64,000 nucleotides of DNA from Candidatus Bathyarchaeia archaeon (GCA_038883775.1 JAVZLM010000003.1:1-64000); one strand, 5' to 3'. Positions 1-7,571 are shown, counted from the stretch's first letter. A program made the numbers and translations. The notes: generated from the letters alone by a model not told the origin.

Positions 1-1
1 T

Positions 2-400
2 CAAGTTTTGAAAAAGGAGTATGGCGAAGGAGTTTCTCCGGTTAAATTCAAAGAGTTTATGCTTGAGTTTGGCTTCACTGACGCTTTAAACAGAACAAAA
101 TTGAAGGTTCCAATTCCTGGCGATGCGGAACCGAAATCTCGTCTCTGCAACGTTTTCACTGAAAGGGTTTTGAGGAAACTTGGCGTTGAAGAGGAAAGGC
201 AGACTTTACAAGAAATTCTCATCAAGGCTAGAGACTGGATTCTCAAAAACAAAGATGCAAACAGCCTCATCGACCTTTTCTCCTTAACAGAGTATGTTGC
301 TAGTTTAACAGAAGAGGAACCCACAAAAATAATAAGCATTCTGAAAAATGACGGCTTGCTCTTCGATGTAGGCAAACCCGGAAAAATCGGAGCAAAATAG
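2..400 (+). CDS. C-terminal part of a probable replication protein (helicase/primase-type) of an upstream mobile element; 5'-truncated by window edge
   Basis: Frame is open from position 2. It ends in IISILKNDGLLFDVGKPGKI, resembling the C-terminal winged helix of MCM-like/MGE helicases, and abuts an integrase gene. Confidence 0.4.
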   Translation, partial: QVLKKEYGEGVSPVKFKEFMLEFGFTDALNRTKLKVPIPGDAEPKSRLCNVFTERVLRKLGVEEERQTLQEILIKARDWILKNKDANSLIDLFSLTEYVASLTEEEPTKIISILKNDGLLFDVGKPGKIGAK

Positions 401-402
401 CA

Positions 403-1611
403 ATGGTTGTGGCTCCCGCTTGCCCCTCATGCGGTTCAAACCGCCTCTATAAAGACGGCTTACGCTATTTAAGCGACGGCTCAAGCGTCCAGCGTTGGCT
501 TTGCCGAAAATGCGGCTACCGCTTTACAGATCCTAACTATAAAGCTAAAACCGGATGGAGGAATCTTCCATCCGGCTTAAATTTGCCTTCCGGCTTATAC
601 TATTCTTGCCAAGGGAACGATGACCCAGACGGGCGAGTACCCTCCGCCACTGAGGCGGTGCAAACCTTGGCCGAAGTGTCCCAAGAGGAAAAGCGGGCTG
701 CGGGAGCCACAGAGATCAAACCAATGCTTCCATGCATTGAGGGCAAACTAGTGGAATATTTGTGGAAGGCTAAAAAACATGGACTTTCAGAATTAACTAT
801 TAAACAGCGCGTTAGTAAACTTAGATGCCTTGTTAAGATGGGCGCAGATTTACTGAACCCTGAGAGCGTTTCAACCGCGTTAGCTATTAGTGAATTGACA
901 CCGATAAACAAAAAAGGCTACATTATTGCCTACAAAAGTTTCGCCAAAAGTTTTAATTTGCAATGGGAGCCGCCAAGAATAAGTGTGGAAAGAAAAGTTC
1001 CCTTTATTCCAACAGAGGCGGAGATTGACGCATTAATAACTGGGTGTGGACGTAGAACAGCTGCTTTCTTACAAGTGCTGAAAGATACTGGTGCAAGAGG
1101 AGGGGAAGCTGCGAGACTTAAGTGGACTGATGTGGATGAGAAGACAAACACCTTAAGAATAAATAATCCGTTAAAGGGTAGTTTGGCACGAGTGGTCAAA
1201 GTATCACCAAAGACTATTGCTATGCTAAATGCGCTTCCGAAGACTGGCGAATTCATATTCAACACGAACGTCTCGACTGTCCGCAAAAACTTTACTAAGC
1301 AGAGAAATAAGCTTGCAGATAAACTGCAAAGTCCACGGTTGAGGCAGATTCACTTGCACACGTTTCGCCATTGGAAAGCAACCATGGAATATCACAAGAC
1401 GAAGAACATAAAATACGTTCAATACTTGCTTGGACATAAGAAGCTTGAAAACACAGACATCTACACTCACCTAGTGAATTTTGAAAGCGACGAATGGCAT
1501 GTTGCAACTGCAAGAAACATTGAGGAAGAAAAGAAACTTATAGAGGCTGGATTTGAATTTGTCCGCTATAGCGAAAAAGACGAATTGGCTATATATCGGA
1601 AGCGAAAGTAG
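403..1611 (+). CDS. Tyrosine recombinase/integrase with N-terminal Zn ribbon
   Basis: CPSC...CRKC Zn ribbon; catalytic motifs TGARGGE, HTFRH, LLGHKKLENTDIY; stop lies 11 bp before the tRNA-derived att. Confidence 0.92.
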   Translation: MVVAPACPSCGSNRLYKDGLRYLSDGSSVQRWLCRKCGYRFTDPNYKAKTGWRNLPSGLNLPSGLYYSCQGNDDPDGRVPSATEAVQTLAEVSQEEKRAAGATEIKPMLPCIEGKLVEYLWKAKKHGLSELTIKQRVSKLRCLVKMGADLLNPESVSTALAISELTPINKKGYIIAYKSFAKSFNLQWEPPRISVERKVPFIPTEAEIDALITGCGRRTAAFLQVLKDTGARGGEAARLKWTDVDEKTNTLRINNPLKGSLARVVKVSPKTIAMLNALPKTGEFIFNTNVSTVRKNFTKQRNKLADKLQSPRLRQIHLHTFRHWKATMEYHKTKNIKYVQYLLGHKKLENTDIYTHLVNFESDEWHVATARNIEEEKKLIEAGFEFVRYSEKDELAIYRKRK

Positions 1612-1622
1612 AATATCTCAGT

Positions 1623-1666
1623 GGGCCGGTAGTCTAGCTCGGTTAGGACATCCGCTTGACGTGCGG
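1623..1666 (+). repeat. attL: 44-bp copy of the 5' half of tRNA-Val(GAC)
   Basis: GGGCCGGTAGTCTAGCTCGGTTAGGACATCCGCTTGACGTGCGG is identical to 7528-7571. Confidence 0.97.
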
Positions 1667-2491
1667 TTTGAAAGTGTTGATTGGAAGGCTTTTAGAACAT
1701 GGGTTTTCAATAAATATGCTAAGAGCCATGCTCCTACGGTTTATTGTTATGCTCGCAAATACGCTTTCATGTTGAATGGTGATTTTAAAGATTTAGAAAC
1801 CTTTAGCGATAGCAAAAGGAATAGTGTTTTGAAGGCTTTGATTTCGCTTAGCAAGTTTCTAGGCTTTTATGAACAGTTTAAGGTTAGGCTTCAGAATTGC
1901 GGTGTTAAGTTTGCTAGAGCAGACGCTTTCAATAGTTTCCTAAGGATAATGAACAATAATAATGAGGATTTGCTTGAGTGGTTCATTAAGGCTTATGCTC
2001 TGCTTAGGGAAAATGAAAAGTTGTTTTTACGGTATGCTTTAATTTCTGGATTAAGAAAGTCTGAAGCTATCAACAGTTTTAACCTAATCATAGATTTGGC
2101 TAAGAATGGAAGGCTAAGCGAATATTATAATGAAGATTTGCTTTGTCTGGAACATTTCCGTTTTAAACAGTTTTTCCTAAGAGGCAAAAAGAACACTTAC
2201 ATAAGTTTCATACCGAAAAGTATGGTTAAAGCGATAGCTGAAAGTGAACCCATAACTTATGAGGCTATACGGAAGAGGCTTCTAAGGAATGGTTTGAGGC
2301 TTAGGATTAACGAGTTAAGAGATTATTTCGCTACTTTCATGGTTAAACATGGCTTGATACGTGAGGAAGTGGATTTGTTGCAGGGAAGGATTCCGCCCAG
2401 CCTTTTTGTGCGTAGCTATTGGAGTCCCAGCCTTAGAGAGCTTAGAGATAGAACGTTGAAAGGCATAGTGGAGATTCAAAATAAAGTATAA
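1623..2491 (+). CDS. int(C): catalytic fragment of SSV-type tyrosine integrase, split by integration
   Basis: The att translates as AGSLARLGHPLDVR in frame. SSV-type motifs SGLRKSEA, RGKK, ELRDYFAT, LLQGR, VRSYW. No credible start codon of its own. Confidence 0.9.
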
Positions 2492-2500
2492 AAAAGAAGG
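2490..2500 (-). terminator. Oligo-T terminator of the capsid-like gene
   Basis: Minus strand reads CCTTCTTTTTT(T) about 14 nt after the stop at 2514, in the convergent gap. Confidence 0.5.
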
Positions 2501-2513
2501 GTTTAGTGTGGTT

Positions 2514-2801
2514 TTACATTCCCCTACGGACATAGCTTAGTATTATGACTGCACCCACGATTATTGGAATAATCACTAATAACGTCATGGCAACCCAAAT
2601 GTTGTTTTGAAGCGCCAGCCAAGTGTCGTTTGCAGCTTTACTCCAGCCCTTTTGGGTTTGGCTGCTGATTAGTGACATTATCACGATTATTGCGATGAGC
2701 AGTGAAACCATTATTCCAACCAGTGTACCGACTACTCCGCCTCCACCCGCAGTTGCTTCAGCCCGTTTATCTTCTAAGAATTTCTTCACCTTTTCAAACA
2801 T
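2514..2801 (-). CDS. Small two-helix hydrophobic protein resembling spindle-shaped virus major capsid protein (SSV1 VP1-like)
   Basis: 95 aa from ATG 2801 with strong SD (GAGGGGGGTG, 2811-2820). Basic leader ending KRA, then EATAG, hydrophobic helix 1, loop with sequon NDT, hydrophobic helix 2, basic tail RRGM. Confidence 0.6.
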   Translation of the reverse strand: MFEKVKKFLEDKRAEATAGGGGVVGTLVGIMVSLLIAIIVIMSLISSQTQKGWSKAANDTWLALQNNIWVAMTLLVIIPIIVGAVIILSYVRRGM

Positions 2802-2854
2802 TAGTTTTATCACCCCCCTCATGGTTTTCCTATTTTGTTGATGTAAAGAAAACA

Positions 2855-2901
2855 ATATTTAAGTAAGATAGTATGATACCTATCTTAATATAGACTTACT
2901 T
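2855..2901 (-). promoter_or_regulatory. TATA box plus palindromic operator of the capsid-like gene
   Basis: Minus-strand TTAAATA at ~2856-2862. Adjacent palindrome TAAGATAG-TATGATAC-CTATCTTA (2864-2887) and outer pair AAGTAAG/CTTACTT (2861-2867/2895-2901). Confidence 0.55.
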
Positions 2902-2902
2902 T

Positions 2903-3460
2903 TCAACTGTTTTCTAATTGTTTGGCTGCTTCCCTAAGCAAAACCGCACAAGCTTTCCTATATTTTGGATAAAGCAGTTCAGAAGCTTCCAGGTATTCCT
3001 TGAAAAGGCTGTCATCTTCATTTTGCGGATTCAACTTTTTAGAATGAGCTAACATAGGCGCCACGGCGCCATTACCATTCCTTTCCTTCAACTTTTTCAT
3101 CAAAGCTGTATGGCTAACTTTAAAACCCATTTCCTCTAACTTTTGACTTATCTTGCGATAGCCTAAGCCTTGCCCTCGCAACTTTTCAACAATCCTTAAA
3201 GTTTCCTCATTCCACTCGATAGGCTTCAACTCTTTAGGCTGTTCCGCAGGCTTAGCCTCTGCTTGGCTATTAGTGTTCTTTTTGCGTAGAAAGAAACAAA
3301 CCCTATTATTGTAACTGTTAGTGTAGATTTGAACCCCTTCACTCTTAAGCTGACTTTCCCACTCACTTCTGAAAACTTCTTTGGGAACGATTAGCACAAA
3401 ACCGTAGGGATGAATGTCTTCCAAAGGGAAGCTTTCACATAACTCTTCATATAATCCCAT
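2903..3460 (-). CDS. HTH-containing protein of the element
   Basis: Segment WNEETLRIVEKLRGQGLGYRKISQKLEEMGFKVSHTALMKKL has an HTH pattern. Confidence 0.6.
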   Translation of the reverse strand: MGLYEELCESFPLEDIHPYGFVLIVPKEVFRSEWESQLKSEGVQIYTNSYNNRVCFFLRKKNTNSQAEAKPAEQPKELKPIEWNEETLRIVEKLRGQGLGYRKISQKLEEMGFKVSHTALMKKLKERNGNGAVAPMLAHSKKLNPQNEDDSLFKEYLEASELLYPKYRKACAVLLREAAKQLENS

Positions 3461-3512
3461 TTTGCCCTTAAAATAATGAGCTTACATCAAATTTAAACTT
3501 TAACCATAAAGG

Positions 3513-3602
3513 TTTAGGCTTCTTTTTACGAAATATTCCATAAAAGTCATTTATCGATTCATAAATCCATTTTTTGAATCTTTTTCATAAAATAAGCCTA
3601 AA
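3513..3602. repeat. 90-bp symmetric AT-rich element (nested inverted repeats); candidate recombination site or origin
   Basis: Outer arms TTTAGGCTTCTTTTTACGAAA / TTTCATAAAATAAGCCTAAA and inner ATTTAT-CGATTC-ATAAAT share the same centre (3557.5). Confidence 0.6.
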
Positions 3603-3650
3603 TTAAGCTTCTTTTCGTCTATAAATTTAATAATAAAATAAGGAGAAGGC

Positions 3651-4523
3651 TTAACTAATTTTCTTGAAAACTCGGCGAAACTCTATCCGCAATTCCCTTT
3701 CTGAAGGCTCTGAATAGATGGTTGTGGTTTCTAAACGTTTATGGCGTAGCATACTCTTAAGCCTTAGAAGGCTGCCTCGGTTCTGAAGCCAAATGTGAGC
3801 GAAAGCATGGCGTAGTTTATGCGGTGTAATCTTGTAGGGCTTATCTAAAACGCCTTTAGTGTAACGGTAAAACCACTTTAAGAAAGTCTTGTAGCTGAAC
3901 GGCAAAATTCTTCCTTGATGGTTTTCCGTTTCTCGGTAAAGTTGAAGGTAAAGCTGTTTAGAAATTGGGTTAAGCGGTATGCTTATAGGCCTATCATGTA
4001 GGCTCATTCCTTTAGGATAATATTTTTCACCCTGCCTTCTCTGAAGCGTTAAAGTGTTCTTTTCCGTGTTCACATCTTCCCAATATAAGCCTAAAACTTC
4101 GCTTACTCTTAAACCGTTGAAAGCCATGAGGCTAACGGCAAACTTGTATGAAGTTTCATAACACGCTTCTATAAGCTTCATTATTTCCATGCTTGTTAAA
4201 TCCACTCGGAACTTGCTGAAGTCAGGCTTCACTTCCCTCAACAAAGTTTTCAGAAAACCCACATCATAACCTAAAAACCTAAGCAGAGCAGATAAAAACC
4301 GTTTAGCTGAAGCCATACTGTTAGCAGTTTCAAAACTGAAAATCCACTCTTTAAATTTTAACGGAGAAACATTTTCAAGGGTTAAACCGTTCTGGATTAA
4401 AAACTTTTCAAGGCTGTTGGCTAAGCTGAGATAAGTTTTCCGAGTGTTCACGCTTTTACCTAAACAAAACTTTTCCGCAGCTTCAATTACGTTTATGGGT
4501 TTCTCTACGTTTTTCATGTTCAC
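3651..4523 (-). CDS. Intact XerC/D-like tyrosine recombinase
   Basis: NGLRVSE, PKG, TPHKLRHAFA and LRHKRLETTTIY motifs plus an N-terminal core-binding domain. Confidence 0.9.
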   Translation of the reverse strand: MNMKNVEKPINVIEAAEKFCLGKSVNTRKTYLSLANSLEKFLIQNGLTLENVSPLKFKEWIFSFETANSMASAKRFLSALLRFLGYDVGFLKTLLREVKPDFSKFRVDLTSMEIMKLIEACYETSYKFAVSLMAFNGLRVSEVLGLYWEDVNTEKNTLTLQRRQGEKYYPKGMSLHDRPISIPLNPISKQLYLQLYRETENHQGRILPFSYKTFLKWFYRYTKGVLDKPYKITPHKLRHAFAHIWLQNRGSLLRLKSMLRHKRLETTTIYSEPSERELRIEFRRVFKKIS

Positions 4524-4592
4524 TCCATCCTAACATTAATAGGAATAGAACCAAAGCAAAAATCAGAAAGAAAATATCAGAATTAGTCATGT

Positions 4593-4937
4593 TCAAAGAA
4601 CCTCATGCAATTTTGTTATAGGCTTAACGGAAGGCTTAGCCTCAGCTTGACGCTTCCGCTTGTCAATAATGTTTAATTTTTTGCCTTTCCTATCAAGCTT
4701 ATACCTTTCCAGAACCTTCTCGAAAGGAACACCACACGCTAACTCATTAACCGCATTAAGAAACATGGCTTTCCCAATATTGCCTTCAGCAATAGGATAA
4801 TAGGAATCCTCACTATCCAAAACCGATTTTATAATGAAAAGTAATTCTGGAAGGCTTAAAGGTTCTGTGTAGGCTTCTACTAAAACGAGAATATCGTTAG
4901 GCCCTTTCTTGCCATTAACTAAATGCAGAACAACCAT
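4593..4937 (-). CDS. Hypothetical element protein
   Basis: 114-aa ORF in a tightly coupled operon, preceded by a GAGG motif. Confidence 0.7.
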   Translation of the reverse strand: MVVLHLVNGKKGPNDILVLVEAYTEPLSLPELLFIIKSVLDSEDSYYPIAEGNIGKAMFLNAVNELACGVPFEKVLERYKLDRKGKKLNIIDKRKRQAEAKPSVKPITKLHEVL

Positions 4938-5191
4938 TACCGCTTAGCCTCGCCTTCCAGATAAAATTTCAGTTTAAACTCGAAGTCATCAGTTCTCAAA
5001 ACCTTAACTTCATTACCTACGCAAACAAAGTTTTCCCAAAACTGCTCTGGAACACCATCAACCTCGATAATCCTATCTTTAGGAATAGCGTAGATAGACT
5101 TTAGAACCTCATCATCCAAATTAAGAGGCGTTTCAACAATAACGTATTTCTCGTTTTCCTCTATGATTTTCCCACTAAAAATTTCCGTCAT
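4937..5191 (-). CDS. Hypothetical element protein
   Basis: 84-aa ORF; stop overlaps the next ATG. Confidence 0.7.
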   Translation of the reverse strand: MTEIFSGKIIEENEKYVIVETPLNLDDEVLKSIYAIPKDRIIEVDGVPEQFWENFVCVGNEVKVLRTDDFEFKLKFYLEGEAKR

Positions 5192-5194
5192 GGC

Positions 5195-5410
5195 TTAACC
5201 TCTCAGCTTCTCAAACTCCCATGCCAAATCAACATGGCCGTTAAAATAGTAAAGCGTCCCTCTGAGAAGCAACCATTCTAAAGCCTCAACTATTTCCTTT
5301 TCACAGTAGCCTTTCCCTTTGAAAACTTCAACTATCCAATCGAAAAGCTGGTTTCCAGAATCAGCCAAAAACTCGATTATTTCCTTCTCAAGCTTGCTTA
5401 ACTCAGTCAT
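5195..5410 (-). CDS. Small winged-helix-like protein
   Basis: LSKLEKEIIEFL...EIVEALEWLLLRGTLY pattern. Confidence 0.55.
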   Translation of the reverse strand: MTELSKLEKEIIEFLADSGNQLFDWIVEVFKGKGYCEKEIVEALEWLLLRGTLYYFNGHVDLAWEFEKLRG

Positions 5411-5643
5411 GGTTTAGCCTCGCCTTCTAAAACACAAATATCATTTCGTGAACGCATTCCCATTCCATTCGGACATAAAATACGGTAAGGATTAGCCTCA
5501 TCCACTTTACCGCATTTTATACACTTTCGGATTATAATTTTAGGTTCAACTTTAGGCCACTCTATTTTGGCCCTATCAGGCTCAGAATCCAAAGGCTTAG
5601 CTAATAAAATCGACTTCTCTCTTTCGGTTAAGCCCTCATTCAT
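5407..5643 (-). CDS. Small Cys-containing (Zn-finger-like) protein
   Basis: CIKCG...CPNG...C; start MNEGL overlaps the upstream stop. Confidence 0.55.
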   Translation of the reverse strand: MNEGLTEREKSILLAKPLDSEPDRAKIEWPKVEPKIIIRKCIKCGKVDEANPYRILCPNGMGMRSRNDICVLEGEAKP

Positions 5644-6115
5644 TTTTAGCACTTCCTAAGCTGATTATTTGCACGTTTCCAAAACCATCATCTTTGAAGC
5701 GGTAGCCTCGCCTTCTCGCCTCACCTTGAATAAGCTGAGGTTTTACAACATCATTACCTAAAATTGCTTTACGATAGGCTTCCAAAAGCTCATTATCGCT
5801 AAATTTGGAATAATCAACCGATTTAACAACAACCGAGCTTCTTTCAACCTCTAATAGCTTTGCATGGCTAACCTCCACCTCAACTGAGGGCTTCTCCCTT
5901 TCCCTAACAACCTCGACAAGCTTCCGCATATACGCCTCTTTAAACTTCAAATAAGTTTCATCATCTATGAAACCTTGATTATGCAAATCCTCGTTAATGC
6001 TGTCCAGGATAGCTGAGCTTTTCCCAATTTCAAATTTCGCCATCTTCTTAATTAAACCCACATAAAGCTCTGTGGGAAGGAAAACCATGTGTGCGTTGGG
6101 CCTTTCCTCACTCAT
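5636..6115 (-). CDS. Hypothetical protein with N-terminal RHH-like segment
   Basis: Likely start MSEERP (ATG 6115, SD GGGTGG); HMVFLPTELYVGLIKKMAKFEIGKSSAILDSI has an RHH-like pattern. Confidence 0.55.
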   Translation of the reverse strand: MSEERPNAHMVFLPTELYVGLIKKMAKFEIGKSSAILDSINEDLHNQGFIDDETYLKFKEAYMRKLVEVVREREKPSVEVEVSHAKLLEVERSSVVVKSVDYSKFSDNELLEAYRKAILGNDVVKPQLIQGEARRRGYRFKDDGFGNVQIISLGSAKNE

Positions 6116-6308
6116 TGAACCACCCGCCGGAGGAAAAGTTTGTTTCTTTAGTGAAGGGGTTAGTTGTTGTTTGTGGGACTTGGGAAAAGACGACTTGACA
6201 GTTAGACAGACAACTGTCATTTTTAAAGAAAAGACATTTACACGCTTTCGCAAACGCTTTTTTCCTTCTTGTGCAAAGTTTTTTAAGTCGTAAGTGTTCA
6301 TATACCAT
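6108..6308 (-). CDS. Small Cys-rich protein
   Basis: ATG 6308 with SD AAGGTG; five Cys; stop overlaps the start of the next gene. Confidence 0.45.
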   Translation of the reverse strand: MVYEHLRLKKLCTRRKKAFAKACKCLFFKNDSCLSNCQVVFSQVPQTTTNPFTKETNFSSGGWFNE

Positions 6309-6353
6309 ATTGCCCACCTTTCTTTTTTCTGTTTTTTTGTTAAACTTCCATGA

Positions 6354-6533
6354 TTAGCTTGCTTGTGTTTGGGTTTGGTTTTTTGCGGTTAGAAGGTTTT
6401 TTATGGTTTCAATGATGGCGAATCGGTAGAATCCGCTTCTGCCTAAGCCTAACAGTTTCCGTGCTTCTTCTACTTTTGCGTCTAATTCTTTTGGCAGCCA
6501 AACTGTCCGCCTAATTCCAGATTCTTTTTCCAT
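6354..6533 (-). CDS. Ribbon-helix-helix (CopG-like) regulator
   Basis: RRTVWLPKELDAKVEEARKLLGLGRSGFYRFAI; SD GTGAGGTG upstream of ATG 6533. Confidence 0.75.
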   Translation of the reverse strand: MEKESGIRRTVWLPKELDAKVEEARKLLGLGRSGFYRFAIIETIKNLLTAKNQTQTQAS

Positions 6534-6551
6534 TTTGCTTTTACACCTCAC

Positions 6552-6642
6552 GTTTAGTTTTCAGTTATAAAGTTATGCGGAAAGATTTATTAAGCTTTAC
6601 CGTTATAAAGTAATTTTAGCACTTGTTAAGAAGTGAATCAGT
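6552..6642. promoter_or_regulatory. Divergent promoter region with duplicated operator
   Basis: GTTATAAAGT at 6564-6573 and 6602-6611 flanking TTTATTAA; lies between divergent RHH and wHTH genes. Confidence 0.55.
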
Positions 6643-7257
6643 ATGGAAAAAGGCGTAGGCGAATACCAAATAAAAAAAGCTCAAACATCAGAGAAACAGA
6701 TTCTCGAAATCCTTTCAGATGGAAAATGGCATAGGTATCAGGAATTACTTGCGAAAACAAAGTTAAGCACAGCCACACTTTCTAAGCATTTGAAAAGGCT
6801 TGAGAAGGGCCTAATCGAGAAGCGGTTAGATTTGGAAAGCGGAGAATACCCTTATCCCGTTTATTACCGTTTAAAGCCTGATTTACATTTTGAAGCAATT
6901 AAAGAGTGGAGAGATTTTCTGCTTAAGGAAATAACTGCAACTAAAGTCAATGTTCCTGAATACTATATCGAATTCTTAAACCAATTAGTAGGCCTTCAAG
7001 CCTTAGAGAACCTAAAATACTACTTTGGAGTTACTGAAAGCGAACAAATCTTTGAGCAATTGTTAGAATTTCAAGTTTTAAGCGTTTACAGAGAAGCCAT
7101 CTACACTTTAAGAGAGAAATTGAAAGCGTCTGGAAAATCTTATCATGACTTAGAAATTTTGATAGGTGAAGCTGAAGAAAGAATGGCAACAGATTTCGAA
7201 AGAATGTTAAAGGCGAAACGCAAAGATAAGAAATTCCTAAAGAGGTGGGAAGAATGA
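6643..7257 (+). CDS. Winged-helix (ArsR/HxlR-like) transcriptional regulator
   Basis: ILEILSDGKWHRYQELLAKTKLSTATLSKHLKRLEKGLIEKR...VYYRL. Confidence 0.8.
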   Translation: MEKGVGEYQIKKAQTSEKQILEILSDGKWHRYQELLAKTKLSTATLSKHLKRLEKGLIEKRLDLESGEYPYPVYYRLKPDLHFEAIKEWRDFLLKEITATKVNVPEYYIEFLNQLVGLQALENLKYYFGVTESEQIFEQLLEFQVLSVYREAIYTLREKLKASGKSYHDLEILIGEAEERMATDFERMLKAKRKDKKFLKRWEE

Positions 7258-7571
7258 GTGATTCGGGTTTGAACCTAACTTCCACGTGGAAAACTCAGCA
7301 AATTCCACGTGGAAAACACCACAACAAAACCCTAACCAAAACCACAGTTTCACTATACCTAAGCAAAAATTTAGTGGAAAAAGCTAAAAAACAAGGTTTA
7401 AACCTAAGCAGAATCACAGAGGAAGCTCTTTCAAGCATTCTAAACTATATGGAAGCTCAAAACATACAAACAAACGAAACCGAAAGCTCTAAATTTCTTA
7501 GTGAAGCTTCTTTTCTAAAGAAGGTTCGGGCCGGTAGTCTAGCTCGGTTAGGACATCCGCTTGACGTGCGG
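7254..7571 (+). CDS. int(N): N-terminal fragment of the split integrase, with RHH (CcdA-like) domain
   Basis: ATG overlaps the upstream stop (ATGA). KTTVSLYLSKNLVEKAKKQGLNLSRITEEAL is RHH-like. Reads through attR as AGSLARLGHPLDVR, the same frame as int(C). Confidence 0.85.

Larger units (their letters stand above)
1623..7571. mobile_element. Integrated element (5,905-bp circle on excision) with split SSV-type integrase; candidate mini spindle-virus-like provirus/satellite
   Basis: Perfect 44-bp terminal direct repeats from tRNA-Val; int(C) inside the left end and int(N) inside the right end in the same frame; small regulators, a second recombinase and a capsid-like gene. Confidence 0.93.

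Noticed and set aside
1553-1622. ORF-track start for a 312-aa standalone integrase
   Set aside because: It overlaps the upstream integrase and lies outside attL; the real N-terminus is int(N) at 7254.
1623-1700. Second complete tRNA-Val or a split/intron-containing tRNA
   Set aside because: Identity ends after the anticodon arm, with no T-arm or 3' acceptor strand; explained as attL.
6116-6301. N-terminal extension of the 221-aa ORF
   Set aside because: Better explained by the overlapping 6108-6308 gene and an SD-supported ATG at 6115.
7330-7450. CcdA/VapB-like antitoxin of a toxin-antitoxin pair
   Set aside because: No adjacent toxin, and the domain is in frame with the integrase.
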